A DNA stretch of 64,000 bases, from contig CAZXFI010000003.1 of the NCBI GenBank assembly GCA_964640225.1, forward strand, positions 3,442-67,441, written 5' to 3'. Below the pieces are notes generated by a model. That model was given only the letters and a program-made list of their open reading frames with translations, had not been told where the DNA came from and did not search any database. The DNA is from an uncultured archaeon (lineage in GTDB: Archaea; Aenigmatarchaeota; Aenigmatarchaeia; PWEA01; JAGHBM01). Positions 8,673 through 17,927 of the stretch are shown piece after piece (the stretch's first letter is position 1; each line of letters opens with the position of its first letter). Both the position numbers and the translations under genes were made by a program.

Positions 8673-9686
8673 TTACCATACGCTGGAGGGCCTGTCCATG
8701 TCCAGGCCCTGTTTCTTGGATAAAGAATTCAGCATGATGTTTAATAAAGGCGACGGGAGGGAGTATACCCTTTTTATCAAGAGGCCGCGCCTCATCTCCC
8801 CGGCAAGCCTCTTTCTCCATTCCTTTTCGTAATCCTTCATTTTGGGCTCCTCTGGTTTTATCAGGGAAGAAGCCACGTCTGCGGCTGTCAGACCGTAAAC
8901 CACTCCCCCGCCGGAGTAAGGCTTGGTCTGGGAGGCGGCGTCGCCGCAGAGAAAAACCCTTTTGGTGGTTATTTTTGGGAGGAGGCCGTAGGGTACGAGG
9001 CCTGAGTAAACTTTCCTGTAAGAGAACTTGAGCTTTTTGGAAAACATTTCAAAGTACTTTTTTGCGTTGGTTTCGCAGGCAATTCCAAATTCAACCCCTT
9101 CTTTCCTGGGTATCCTCCAGGCAAAGAAGCCGGGGGCCTTTTTATAGTACAAATCCACAAAGTCGTCCGGCTCCTCCCGGGTGTAGCAGAATATTCCGTG
9201 GAGGAACTGCGGGGGGCGCAGGCCCATTTTACTCCTTACCATGGAAAGCGGGCCGTCGCACCCGGCCAGGACTCCTGTTTTTGTGTTCTGGAAATTGTCC
9301 GACTTTATGTAGAGGGAAACATGTTTTTCGCCCTCAAAAAAGCTGAAAAGCCTTGTGCCCGTGGCTATTTTTGCGCCGGCCCTTTCAGCCAGGTCGGCCA
9401 GCTTCCTGTCAAGGCGGGGCCTGTTTATTACAACTGCCTGATTTGAAAGAAAAATGTGGGTCTTTTTGCCCAGGTGAATCCTGGCCCCCTTTATTTCCCT
9501 TTCCACAAGCTTTTTGTCCCGGGGAACGAAATTCCATATGTTTTTTGATACAAGGCCGGAGCATGCCACCGGCTCCCCTATCTTTCCGTGCTCCTCCAAA
9601 AGAAGAACGCTGTGGCCTCTTTCCGAGAGTTTCCACGAAAGATAAGAGCCCACCGGGCCCGCGCCGCACACCGTGAAATCGTACAT
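8673..9686 (-). CDS. Geranylgeranyl-reductase-family FAD-dependent oxidoreductase
   Basis: CGAGPVGS dinucleotide-binding N-terminus and GDAA motif. Confidence 0.7.
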   Translation of the reverse strand: MYDFTVCGAGPVGSYLSWKLSERGHSVLLLEEHGKIGEPVACSGLVSKNIWNFVPRDKKLVEREIKGARIHLGKKTHIFLSNQAVVINRPRLDRKLADLAERAGAKIATGTRLFSFFEGEKHVSLYIKSDNFQNTKTGVLAGCDGPLSMVRSKMGLRPPQFLHGIFCYTREEPDDFVDLYYKKAPGFFAWRIPRKEGVEFGIACETNAKKYFEMFSKKLKFSYRKVYSGLVPYGLLPKITTKRVFLCGDAASQTKPYSGGGVVYGLTAADVASSLIKPEEPKMKDYEKEWRKRLAGEMRRGLLIKRVYSLPSPLLNIMLNSLSKKQGLDMDRPSSVW

Positions 9687-9754
9687 ATTAAATATTTTGT
9701 AAAAGGTAGAGTTAAAAGTGTTGTTCCGGCGGGTTTAAATATTTTTATAACGTT

Positions 9755-10630
9755 ATGCCTATAATGTTTTTTATGAAAGCCCTTTACGAGAAGCACTACA
9801 AGAAGCTTATTGTACTACCACTCATATTGCTGGCCACGTGTATGGGGCTTCTTTTTGTCATGTACTTGAATACGGGGGAATTTATTTCAAGGGGCATTGA
9901 CCTGAGGGGGGGCTCCCAGCTGACCGTAGACACGGAGCAGCAGGTTAGCGCACCGGAGCTGGAGGCGCACCTGAGAGGGATTTTCGGGGACGTTCATGTA
10001 AGGACTGTCGCTGGAGTCGGCGGGAGCAGCCTGCTTATAAGGGCCAGCGAAGACGTGGACAGGGATGCCCTGCTGGACGAGGTTGAAAGTTACGGCATAG
10101 ACACCGATTCACATTCTTTTGAGCAAATCGGCGCGGCACTTGGGGAGAGTTTTTTTGAGCAAAGCATGACCGCCCTGATAGTGGCCTTTGTTTTCATGGG
10201 CTTCGTGGTGTTCTTTGTTTTCAGGAGCTTCGTGCCTTCCGTGGCGGTTATATGGTGCGCTTTCTCCGATATAATATGCACGATAGCCGTCATGCAGGCC
10301 TTTGGAATAAGCCTTTCCCTTGCATCCTTTGCGGGCCTTCTGCTCGTGCTGGGCTACTCCATAGACACAGACATACTTCTTACAACGCGCATAATAAAAA
10401 GGCGCGAGGGTAGCGTCATGGAAAGGAGCGCGGGGGCCTTTAAAACCGGGGTCACAATGACCGCCACCACCATGGTGGCCCTGACCGCGCTTTATCTTGT
10501 TTCAGGCGCCACCGCCCTGGGGGAAATATCAACCGTGCTTATAATTGCCTTGCTTATAGACATGCCGAACACCTGGCTCACAAACCTGGGCGTGGTGAGA
10601 TGGTGGTCAGAAAAGAAGGGATTTTCATGA
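9755..10630 (+). CDS. secF: Protein-export membrane protein SecF
   Basis: SecD/SecF-family C-terminal TM block (IDTDILLTTRI). Confidence 0.8.
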   Translation: MPIMFFMKALYEKHYKKLIVLPLILLATCMGLLFVMYLNTGEFISRGIDLRGGSQLTVDTEQQVSAPELEAHLRGIFGDVHVRTVAGVGGSSLLIRASEDVDRDALLDEVESYGIDTDSHSFEQIGAALGESFFEQSMTALIVAFVFMGFVVFFVFRSFVPSVAVIWCAFSDIICTIAVMQAFGISLSLASFAGLLLVLGYSIDTDILLTTRIIKRREGSVMERSAGAFKTGVTMTATTMVALTALYLVSGATALGEISTVLIIALLIDMPNTWLTNLGVVRWWSEKKGFS

Positions 10631-12291
10631 GCTTGTGGAAGGAATGGAGAGTTTGGTTTTTCGTTTTAATAGTCATGGGAAGCATAGCAGCTATAAACCC
10701 GAACCCCTGGGCAAAGGGCGTTGTCGTCAGCTACGTGGAAGAAGACTCTCCGTTTGAAGGAGAAGTGCTGCCGGGAGAGACTATAACATCCGTAAACGAA
10801 GTGCCCATAGAGAGTTCTTCCGACCTGATTGTTTTCCGGAACCACACGGGTATGGTAAGGATGTTCCACAACGGAAAGCTCACGCTGAAGGAGGTTGAAA
10901 ACGGCCTCGGTATAGAGGTGAAAAATGCGGGTTTCACCAACCTGAACATGGGGATGGACCTGATTGGGGGAACGAGGGTGCTTTTGGAGCCGGTTTACGA
11001 GGGCACGAACGTTAGCGACAAAGCACTGGTAATTGGCCGCGTGATATCCACCCTCCAGACCAGAATGAACGTCTACGGGCTCAAGGAAATAAACTTCCAG
11101 GCCGTGAATGACGTGGATGGCAACAGGTACGTACAGATAGAGATGGCCGGCGCGAGCAGGAAAGAAATAGACGAGCTCCTGGAAAGGCAGGGTAGGTTTG
11201 AAAGCTACATACCGAGAGGCGTCTTGTTTAAGAACGGCACCGGAGCAATGGAGCTGGGTGACGAGAACTACACCATAGCGCTTATGAACGGCACGATAGA
11301 AATAGAAGGCAGTGAACTGGGAATAAATGACACGGTGGAACTGAACGGGATAGACTTTGAGGTTTGGAACATAACCAATGAAACGGCCCTTCTTGCAGGC
11401 AGTGTTTTTACAGGAGACGATATAAAGTATGTTTATTTTGACCCCCAGCACTCTTTTTTGAGAAAGTACGGTGACGGGTGGGAATTTTCCTTCCAGATAC
11501 TTGTCTCCGACGAGGGGGCGGAAAGGTTTGCCAAAATAACAGAGGACATACCAGTGGTGATAGACCCGAAAACGGGAGAGTCCTACCTGGAGAGGCAGAT
11601 ATACCTTTTCCTGGATGATATGTTTATGGACAGCCTCAGGGTAAGCGCCAACCTCGCGGGGGAGGCATACTCAACGCCCCAGATAACGGGCGGGGGCGCA
11701 AGAGAAGAGGACGCGTCCGTGAACCAGAGGAGGCTTCAAAGCATACTCAGCAGCGGCGCCCTGCCTGTTGAGTTGGAGACCGTGAGGGTGGACAGTATAT
11801 CCCCCTCGCTTGGAAGCCAGTTTATGAAAAGCATTCTGATTGCCGCCCTGGGAGCCCTGGTTGCGGTGAGCGTTGTTATTTCCGTGAGGTACAAGAACTG
11901 GAAAATAGTGCTCCCCATTCTCGTAACATCAATCTCTGAAATAATAATAATTCTCGGTTTGGCTTCCGTTATAAACTGGACAATAGACCTGGCCGCTATA
12001 GCGGGGATAATAGCGGCCGTGGGAACGGGAGTGGACCACCAGATAATAATCACTGACGAGATATCCCTGGCGGGGGAAATGACATTCTCCATAAAAGAGA
12101 AGATAAAACGGGCCTTTTTCATAATATTCGGGACCGCGTCCACGACCGTAGCAGCGATGATACCCCTGGGCATAATAGGCATCGGGGTCATGAGGGGTTT
12201 TGCCATAACAACGATAATCGGTGTTCTTGTGGGAATTTTTATAACAAGGCCCACCTATAGTAAAATTATTGAAAAACTGGAGCTGGTTTAA
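10627..12291 (+). CDS. secD: Protein-export membrane protein SecD
   Basis: Large periplasmic domain followed by a SecDF TM block. The ATG overlaps the secF stop as ATGA. Confidence 0.8.
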   Translation: MSLWKEWRVWFFVLIVMGSIAAINPNPWAKGVVVSYVEEDSPFEGEVLPGETITSVNEVPIESSSDLIVFRNHTGMVRMFHNGKLTLKEVENGLGIEVKNAGFTNLNMGMDLIGGTRVLLEPVYEGTNVSDKALVIGRVISTLQTRMNVYGLKEINFQAVNDVDGNRYVQIEMAGASRKEIDELLERQGRFESYIPRGVLFKNGTGAMELGDENYTIALMNGTIEIEGSELGINDTVELNGIDFEVWNITNETALLAGSVFTGDDIKYVYFDPQHSFLRKYGDGWEFSFQILVSDEGAERFAKITEDIPVVIDPKTGESYLERQIYLFLDDMFMDSLRVSANLAGEAYSTPQITGGGAREEDASVNQRRLQSILSSGALPVELETVRVDSISPSLGSQFMKSILIAALGALVAVSVVISVRYKNWKIVLPILVTSISEIIIILGLASVINWTIDLAAIAGIIAAVGTGVDHQIIITDEISLAGEMTFSIKEKIKRAFFIIFGTASTTVAAMIPLGIIGIGVMRGFAITTIIGVLVGIFITRPTYSKIIEKLELV

Positions 12292-12930
12292 TTGGCGGAT
12301 GCTATAATACTGGCAGGAGGAAAGGGCAAGAGGCTAAGGCCTCTCACGGACAACATCCCCAAGTGCCTTGTGCCCGTGAACAGAAAGCCTCTTCTGGAAT
12401 ACCAGAGGGATTTTTTCAAAAAACACGGCGTGGAAAGGATAATACTGGCCTGCGGATATTTGTGGGAAAAAATAAAGGAAAGGTACGGCGACGAGTTTAT
12501 TTACTCGGTTGAAGACGAGCCCCTTGGAACAGGGGGCGCCATCAAGAAGGCCATGAAACACGTGAAGGGAGACGGATTTTTCGTCATAAACTGCGACGAG
12601 TACTGTGATGTTGACCTCAATAAAGTGGAAAAAATGGGAGCCAACGCAATCGTTTTGGCCCGCTTCAACTGCAGGTTCGGGTTGGTTGACACCGAGGGAG
12701 ACATGGTAAGGGGCTTCAGGCAAAAGCCCGTCCTTCCTTACTGGGCAAATATGGGCCTGTATTTCTTGAACAAAAAAATAAGCCTTCCAGACAAGGGAGC
12801 CATAGAGACGGAGACTTTCCCGGACATGGCGAAAGGGGGAGAACTGAAGGCTTACAAACACGAGGGAGTTTGGCTTACCGTAAACTCCATAAAGGATTTG
12901 GAAAAACTGGAAAAATTTTTAAAGGGGTGA
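12292..12930 (+). CDS. Sugar-phosphate nucleotidyltransferase (NTP_transferase fold)
   Basis: N-terminal AIILAGGKGKRLRPLT signature. Apparent TTG start directly after the secD stop. Confidence 0.7.
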   Translation: MADAIILAGGKGKRLRPLTDNIPKCLVPVNRKPLLEYQRDFFKKHGVERIILACGYLWEKIKERYGDEFIYSVEDEPLGTGGAIKKAMKHVKGDGFFVINCDEYCDVDLNKVEKMGANAIVLARFNCRFGLVDTEGDMVRGFRQKPVLPYWANMGLYFLNKKISLPDKGAIETETFPDMAKGGELKAYKHEGVWLTVNSIKDLEKLEKFLKG

Positions 12931-12934
12931 TTTT

Positions 12935-13114
12935 TTGAAAGTTTCGGTGGATGGGGAAAAATGCATTGGATGCGGGGCATGTGTTTCCGTGTGTCCTGAT
13001 GTTTTTGAGCTGGGGGATGACGGAAAGTCAACCGTGAAGGAGAAAGAGACTGAAATGGAGTGTTGTAAGGAAGCAAAAGATATCTGCCCGGTTGACGCAA
13101 TCTCTGTGGACTAA
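12935..13114 (+). CDS. fdx: Pyrococcus-type [4Fe-4S] ferredoxin (59 aa, absent from the ORF track)
   Basis: Translation reads MKVSVDGEKCIGCGACVSVCPDVFELGDDGKSTVKEKETEMECCKEAKDICPVDAISVD. This is near-collinear with P. furiosus Fd (KVSVD..CIG..C.S.CPDVFE). TTG start with an AAAGGGG purine tract upstream. Confidence 0.75.
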   Translation: MKVSVDGEKCIGCGACVSVCPDVFELGDDGKSTVKEKETEMECCKEAKDICPVDAISVD

Positions 13115-13632
13115 TTCATTTTCGGGAGCAGGTCCAGGAATCCCTGTATCCCGTCCCTTAATCTTATTACATATTTTCTGCAGTCTTCCATGTATTCCTC
13201 TCTCAGGTCCCCGTACAGTGCCTTCTCATAGAAAGCCCTGAAGGCGTTCCAGACTATTGATTTCTGCGCGGCCGTTTTCTGGGGGTAGCTTGTTTCAACA
13301 GTGCCTTTTATCTCTATGTCCAGGTCTCCGATGTACTTTATTTTGGGCTTGTTTATGGGCTTCAGCTTCATGTCTATTTCCAGCTCGTAAAGTATTCTCG
13401 TGTACTTGTCTTTCTGCTTCCACGCCTCAAGAAATATGTGAATCTTTTCCGGCTCCCCCTTGGTGTGCTCGTATACCCTCTCGTTTATGCTGGTTGGGGG
13501 AAGCTTGCACCTGGAAATAAGAATCTCTTTTATTTCAGGGTATACTGAATGCGGATTCGGTATGTTTTTGACGGTTATCCTGGGTATTATGTCACATTCA
13601 TCTTCAACTACAATCTTCGCCATTTTAATCAC
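13111..13632 (-). CDS. Hypothetical protein
   Basis: Long ORF with a coherent coding pattern. No family recognised. Confidence 0.4.
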   Translation of the reverse strand: MIKMAKIVVEDECDIIPRITVKNIPNPHSVYPEIKEILISRCKLPPTSINERVYEHTKGEPEKIHIFLEAWKQKDKYTRILYELEIDMKLKPINKPKIKYIGDLDIEIKGTVETSYPQKTAAQKSIVWNAFRAFYEKALYGDLREEYMEDCRKYVIRLRDGIQGFLDLLPKMN

Positions 13633-14160
13633 TTATATTTTAGGGGAAGTATCAAAACAGTCCTCGCAAATCCACTGCCCGTCAACCTTCCTGAGATTCT
13701 CGCTGTAATTCCCGCAGAACTCGCAGACATCCCCTTCCATTTCGGAATCCATTTCCCTTCTATCAACAAGCGACTCCACCAGTCCGGGAGCCATTCTTAA
13801 TATGTCCCCGTCCGTGAGGACCCCCACAACCCTTTTTCCGTCAACAACGGGGAGCCTCTTGACTTTTTTTTCAAGCATTATCCTTATGGCCTCTATGACA
13901 TCCTCGTCCACCGGGGTTGTCACCAGCTTTTTTGTCATAACATCCTTTGCCTTTATTTTTTTCAAATCCTTGTTGGGAATTATTACTCTTTTCACAAGGT
14001 CTTCCGAGGTTATGAGTCCGAGAAGCCTGTTCTTATCGCAGACCAGCATGGAGCCAATGTCCTTTACCTTCATCTTTTTGGCCACCTCTGTAACTGGCTC
14101 ATCTGGGCCGACTGTTATGATAACCTTTGTCATTGCATCTTCCACTGTTATTTTGGACAT
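13633..14160 (-). CDS. CBS-domain pair protein with a C-terminal Zn-ribbon
   Basis: Two CBS repeats plus CEFC...CEDC. Confidence 0.75.
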   Translation of the reverse strand: MSKITVEDAMTKVIITVGPDEPVTEVAKKMKVKDIGSMLVCDKNRLLGLITSEDLVKRVIIPNKDLKKIKAKDVMTKKLVTTPVDEDVIEAIRIMLEKKVKRLPVVDGKRVVGVLTDGDILRMAPGLVESLVDRREMDSEMEGDVCEFCGNYSENLRKVDGQWICEDCFDTSPKI

Positions 14161-14215
14161 CGTACCACAATATTAAATTTATTAAAGCATCTATTTAAAA
14201 TTAAATCGTGATTTT

Positions 14216-14587
14216 GTGACCAACTACGGGAAAGGCGTGGCTTTTGAATTCCGGGTAAGGGATTTGTTCAGGAAACTTGGCTATGTAGCAGAAAGAAAGG
14301 CGGCCTCTTCCCCCTACGATATTATTGTGATGAAGGATGGGAGCGTCAAGTTTCTTGTTGACGCAAAAAAAACCTCCCAGAAAGACAAAAAATTCATTTA
14401 CATCAAACAGGCGGACCTGGAAAAAATAATAAAGGAATCCAAAAAACTAGGGGCAAGGCCACTTGTTGTTTACGGGTTTTATAGGTCTCCAATATTCGTG
14501 GACTTTCCGGGGAAACTGGTTAAAAAAAATGTGGCCAGGCTTACCGGAGGGATTAGACTGGAGGATTTTCTTTTATCCTGCGTATAG
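14216..14587 (+). CDS. hjc: Holliday junction resolvase Hjc-like PD-(D/E)xK nuclease
   Basis: The GxAFExxVRDLFRKLGYVAER...DII...VDAKKT pattern is collinear with archaeal Hjc. GTG start. Confidence 0.6.
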   Translation: MTNYGKGVAFEFRVRDLFRKLGYVAERKAASSPYDIIVMKDGSVKFLVDAKKTSQKDKKFIYIKQADLEKIIKESKKLGARPLVVYGFYRSPIFVDFPGKLVKKNVARLTGGIRLEDFLLSCV

Positions 14588-14730
14588 GTCGCGTTGTTTT
14601 ACAAAGAAGCCCATTAAAAACAAAAACACCCCCGGGACTGACACAACCCAGGAAAGGGGGATTTTATACAAAAAATACAAAAACAACCCCAAAACCACGA
14701 CTAAAAAACCAATAATCATCCATCTGTAGT

Positions 14731-15450
14731 TCATCCAAATCCCCTCTTTAACATTCCCTTGAGCTCTGTTAAATTTCTTGTTTTAGTCATCGCCAGAACT
14801 ATTCCCTCTATTCCCGCTATCCTCCTGGCCACCTCGTCCACCTTTTCTGGCCCATGGAGTATTACGAGTGAGGGTTTTAGGTTTGTCACCTTTATGGCAA
14901 CCATTGAAGACCTTCCTGTGGTTACGTTTGAGAATATAAGCGCCCTGTTGGTTGTAAACCCGTATATTTTGACCAATTCCATCGGGGTTAGCTCCATTAT
15001 GGCTTTCATTGAATCAACAAGCGAGTAGCCGTATATCTCGTTCTCTAGTAAATCTTCCCTTGAGACCACCATGCAGTTTGTTTTCTCGCAAAAATCCCCT
15101 ATTGAAACAGGGTATTTAAATTCCTTTATATCAAGAATGCTTGAAAGTAGAAAATTTTCTCCTGAAAGCGTGTAAAACTCCCTTAAAAATTCGGCTCCCT
15201 TCCTTTCGGAAATTTTTATAAGGGAATTGACTATGTTGTTTATTATTTTTATTCCCGGTGAAGACCTTCTGTTGCTTTCATAATCAGATATTACAGAAGG
15301 TGTGACCTTCATTTCATCTGCAATTTCCTTTTGAGAAACTTTGAAAATATTTCTCCATTTTTTTATAACCGAGCCTGGTTTTTGGGACAGGACTATTTCT
15401 CCACAAATTCTCTTAACTAAATTCTCTTTTATTAAATCTTTTTCATTCAT
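14731..15450 (-). CDS. HTH (XRE-type) transcriptional regulator, archaeal COG1395-like
   Basis: HTH motif VSQKEIADEMKVTPSVISDYE followed by a C-terminal domain. Confidence 0.55.
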   Translation of the reverse strand: MNEKDLIKENLVKRICGEIVLSQKPGSVIKKWRNIFKVSQKEIADEMKVTPSVISDYESNRRSSPGIKIINNIVNSLIKISERKGAEFLREFYTLSGENFLLSSILDIKEFKYPVSIGDFCEKTNCMVVSREDLLENEIYGYSLVDSMKAIMELTPMELVKIYGFTTNRALIFSNVTTGRSSMVAIKVTNLKPSLVILHGPEKVDEVARRIAGIEGIVLAMTKTRNLTELKGMLKRGFG

Positions 15451-15727
15451 AAGTTATTTATTGTCGAAATAAATATAAATAAATGTCGTATATACCCTGA
15501 GACGTTTGTTTCTTATGGAGATTTTTTATTTTTAATAGGTTTATAATATAATATATAACAGTGTTATATCATAGTTAGTAGTAGTAATAAGAAATTCCAA
15601 AGGAAATAGAGGGGTGTCTTATTCACACCCCTTTATTTCACGTGCAAATTCACACCCCTTTATTTCACGTGCAGATATGTATTTATAAATTCAAACTCTA
15701 TATGAAAGAAAGGGGGGTTGGTTTCAT
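15451..15727. promoter_or_regulatory. Candidate replication origin (oriC) upstream of orc1/cdc6
   Basis: A ~130 bp AT-rich stretch (candidate DUE, 15.47-15.60 kb) is followed by ORB-like elements of the form dyad CACGTG + GAAA + G-string. All lie immediately 5' of orc1/cdc6. Confidence 0.55.
15622..15673. repeat. Tandem 25-nt ORB-like elements. An inverted half-site lies at 15611-15631.
   Basis: TTCACACCCCTTTATTTCACGTGCA occurs twice with a 27-bp period. On the bottom strand it reads CACGTGAAATAAAGGGGTGTGAA. GGGGTGT / ACACCCC form an inverted repeat. Confidence 0.6.
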
Positions 15728-16915
15728 TTGCAAAAATCTTTGGAGTCTATTTTCAATGGTTATGTAAATAAAAGAAAGATTTTTACTAACAAAAAAGCAA
15801 TAACAATTTCCTACAAACCCAACGAGCTTCCACACAGAAACAGGGAAATAGAGAGCGTGGCTTCAATTTTAGGCCCAAGTTTAAGTGGGGAGAAACCCTC
15901 CAATGTATTTATATTCGGGAAGCCCGGAACAGGCAAAACTGCCGTGATTCACCTAATATCAAAAAAACTCACTAAGATGAGCAAAAAAAACGTGGGCCTG
16001 TTTTATCTTAATTGTAAAATGAGGAATGTGGCCGACACGGAATATAGGCTAATCGCGCAGCTTGCAAGAGAGCTCGGTGAGTTCGTTCCTGTCACAGGTC
16101 TCCCAACGGACCATGTTTACAACCTGTTCTTCAAGGCCTTGGACAAACGAGGCGGGGTTATTATTCTAATACTGGATGAAATAGACGTGCTTGTTGAAAA
16201 AATAGGGGACAACTTCCTTTATAACTTGACAAGAATAAACGAGGAGCTCAATAACACCCAGGTAAGTATAGTGGGAATTTCAAACAACCTGTCCTTCACG
16301 AACGACATGGATCCCCGCGTGAAGTCTTCACTTTCTGAGGAGGAGCTAATATTCCACCCTTACAATGCAATACAGCTGCAGGATATTTTAAGAAAGAGGT
16401 CCGAGGGGGCCTTCAAGGAAAACACCTTGGAGCCGGGTGTGATAGAAAAGTGCGCGGGACTGGCTGCCCAGGAGCACGGGGACGCCAGGAGGGCGCTGGA
16501 CCTGCTCAGAGTGGCCGCCGAGATAGCGGAAAGAGAAAGTTCGGAAAGGGTTATGGAGAAGCACGTTGACATGGCGGAGTCAAAAATAGACAAGGACAGG
16601 ATAGTAGAAATAGTAAAATCCCAACCCAGGCAGAGCCAGGCAGTCTTGTGGAGTATAATGAAGACAGGAGGCGAGATTCAGACGGGGGATATATTTTCTG
16701 TTTACGAAAAAATATGCGCCGAAAACGGCCTCAAGCCCCTGACGCACAGAAGGGTTTCCGACCTGATAGCGGAGCTGGATATGCTGGGAATAATAAGTGC
16801 CAGGGTTGTCAGCAAGGGCAGGTATGGAAGGACGAGAATAGTCAAGATGAGCCTCCAGGATTCTCTTTTAGGCAAAATAAGGGAAATACTGCAGACAAAA
16901 TATTACTTCCAGTGA
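15728..16915 (+). CDS. orc1: Orc1/Cdc6 replication initiator
   Basis: AAA+ Walker A GKPGTGKTA, Walker B LDEIDV, and a C-terminal winged helix. Confidence 0.85.
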   Translation: MQKSLESIFNGYVNKRKIFTNKKAITISYKPNELPHRNREIESVASILGPSLSGEKPSNVFIFGKPGTGKTAVIHLISKKLTKMSKKNVGLFYLNCKMRNVADTEYRLIAQLARELGEFVPVTGLPTDHVYNLFFKALDKRGGVIILILDEIDVLVEKIGDNFLYNLTRINEELNNTQVSIVGISNNLSFTNDMDPRVKSSLSEEELIFHPYNAIQLQDILRKRSEGAFKENTLEPGVIEKCAGLAAQEHGDARRALDLLRVAAEIAERESSERVMEKHVDMAESKIDKDRIVEIVKSQPRQSQAVLWSIMKTGGEIQTGDIFSVYEKICAENGLKPLTHRRVSDLIAELDMLGIISARVVSKGRYGRTRIVKMSLQDSLLGKIREILQTKYYFQ

Positions 16916-16919
16916 TTTT

Positions 16920-17927
16920 ATGGATTTGGTTAAGGATTTTTTAGACAAGGGAATTCTGCTGTCCCCGGGGGTGGTAGGCAAGGTTAAAAAAAAGGACCTG
17001 AAGGAAATAACGAAAAAAATGGGCAGGAAAGTCGTGGTAACGGGAGAGGTATTGTGCGCGGTCAGGGGAACGGGAGTGGAAATATTAAGAGAGCATAAGA
17101 AACTGGATGAAACAAAAAGAATAACGGAATTTGTTGATTTTTACAACAAAAGGTTTGAATTTTTGCGCGGATTGCTGGAGGAAAAACTGGAAATTGAGAA
17201 AATAACATCCATAAACAAACTTAACACAGGCAGAGTCACGGTCATAGGAATGGTAAGGGAAATAAATGATAAGGGGTTTAAGATAGAGGACTCCACGGGT
17301 TCTGTTTTTTGCAGGTCAGATGAAAGGCTTTTGGAGGACGAGGTTGTGGCGGTTGCGGGGAATTTTGACAGGAAAGACCTCTGCGCCGAAAAAATAATCT
17401 ACCCGGACATACCCCTTAACAAAAAAATAAATCTGACGAAGGAAGACTGCCGTGTGTTGTTCACAAAAAAACTCACCAAGGAGCCTTCACATGAACCTTC
17501 ACATATATTCACGTTTGATTTAAACCCGGAAATTTTGGGGAGCATTTCAGCAGAAATTATAACGAAAAAAGAGGGCCTGAAAAAAGGCCCCGGAAGGACA
17601 GGCCTTGGGCTACCATCTCTCTTGGAAATAAGCGGGGTGAAGATTTTTGTTTTTGAGAACAAGGAAATGGAAGAAATAAAGAAGAAAACGGAAATCAAAG
17701 ACGAGAAAAATCTAATTACCTCGCTCCTGAAAAGAAGGCACCTGCTTCCGCATGTTTACACGGAAGGCGACCCGTATCTGCTGAAGGATATACCAGACAT
17801 AATATTTTTCTCCGGGGGAAAGGAAAGTTTCTTCCTGAATTACAAGGGGGTTTCAATCGTTTCGGTTGCAGGAAAGGAAAGCTTTTTGGTAAACCTGAAA
17901 ACAAGGGATTATGAGGAGTTGGAATGA
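16920..17927 (+). CDS. Truncated DP1-like (PolD small-subunit / B-subunit-like) protein. It keeps the N-terminal domain, OB fold and C-terminal tail but lacks the phosphoesterase catalytic core.
   Basis: The MDLVKDFLDKGILLSP N-terminus and OB segment (IEDSTGSVF...VVAVAG) resemble DP1. The C-terminal LLKRRHLLP...DPYLL..IPDIIFFSGG...YKGVSIVSVAG is collinear with the DP1 tail RHVAP..DP..L...PD..HMGHVH...YRGV.LVNS, with the His residues replaced. Confidence 0.45.
   Translation: MDLVKDFLDKGILLSPGVVGKVKKKDLKEITKKMGRKVVVTGEVLCAVRGTGVEILREHKKLDETKRITEFVDFYNKRFEFLRGLLEEKLEIEKITSINKLNTGRVTVIGMVREINDKGFKIEDSTGSVFCRSDERLLEDEVVAVAGNFDRKDLCAEKIIYPDIPLNKKINLTKEDCRVLFTKKLTKEPSHEPSHIFTFDLNPEILGSISAEIITKKEGLKKGPGRTGLGLPSLLEISGVKIFVFENKEMEEIKKKTEIKDEKNLITSLLKRRHLLPHVYTEGDPYLLKDIPDIIFFSGGKESFFLNYKGVSIVSVAGKESFLVNLKTRDYEELE

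Noticed and set aside
9062-9676. Several Arg/Pro-rich ORFs (9062-9346, 9353-9676 +) within the geranylgeranyl-reductase gene
   Set aside because: Out-of-frame or antisense shadows.
14463-14729. ORF 14463-14729 (+), 88 aa, Lys/Thr/Pro-rich
   Set aside because: Lies in a convergent intergenic spacer. Low-complexity A/C-rich DNA. Overlaps the hjc 3' end out of frame.
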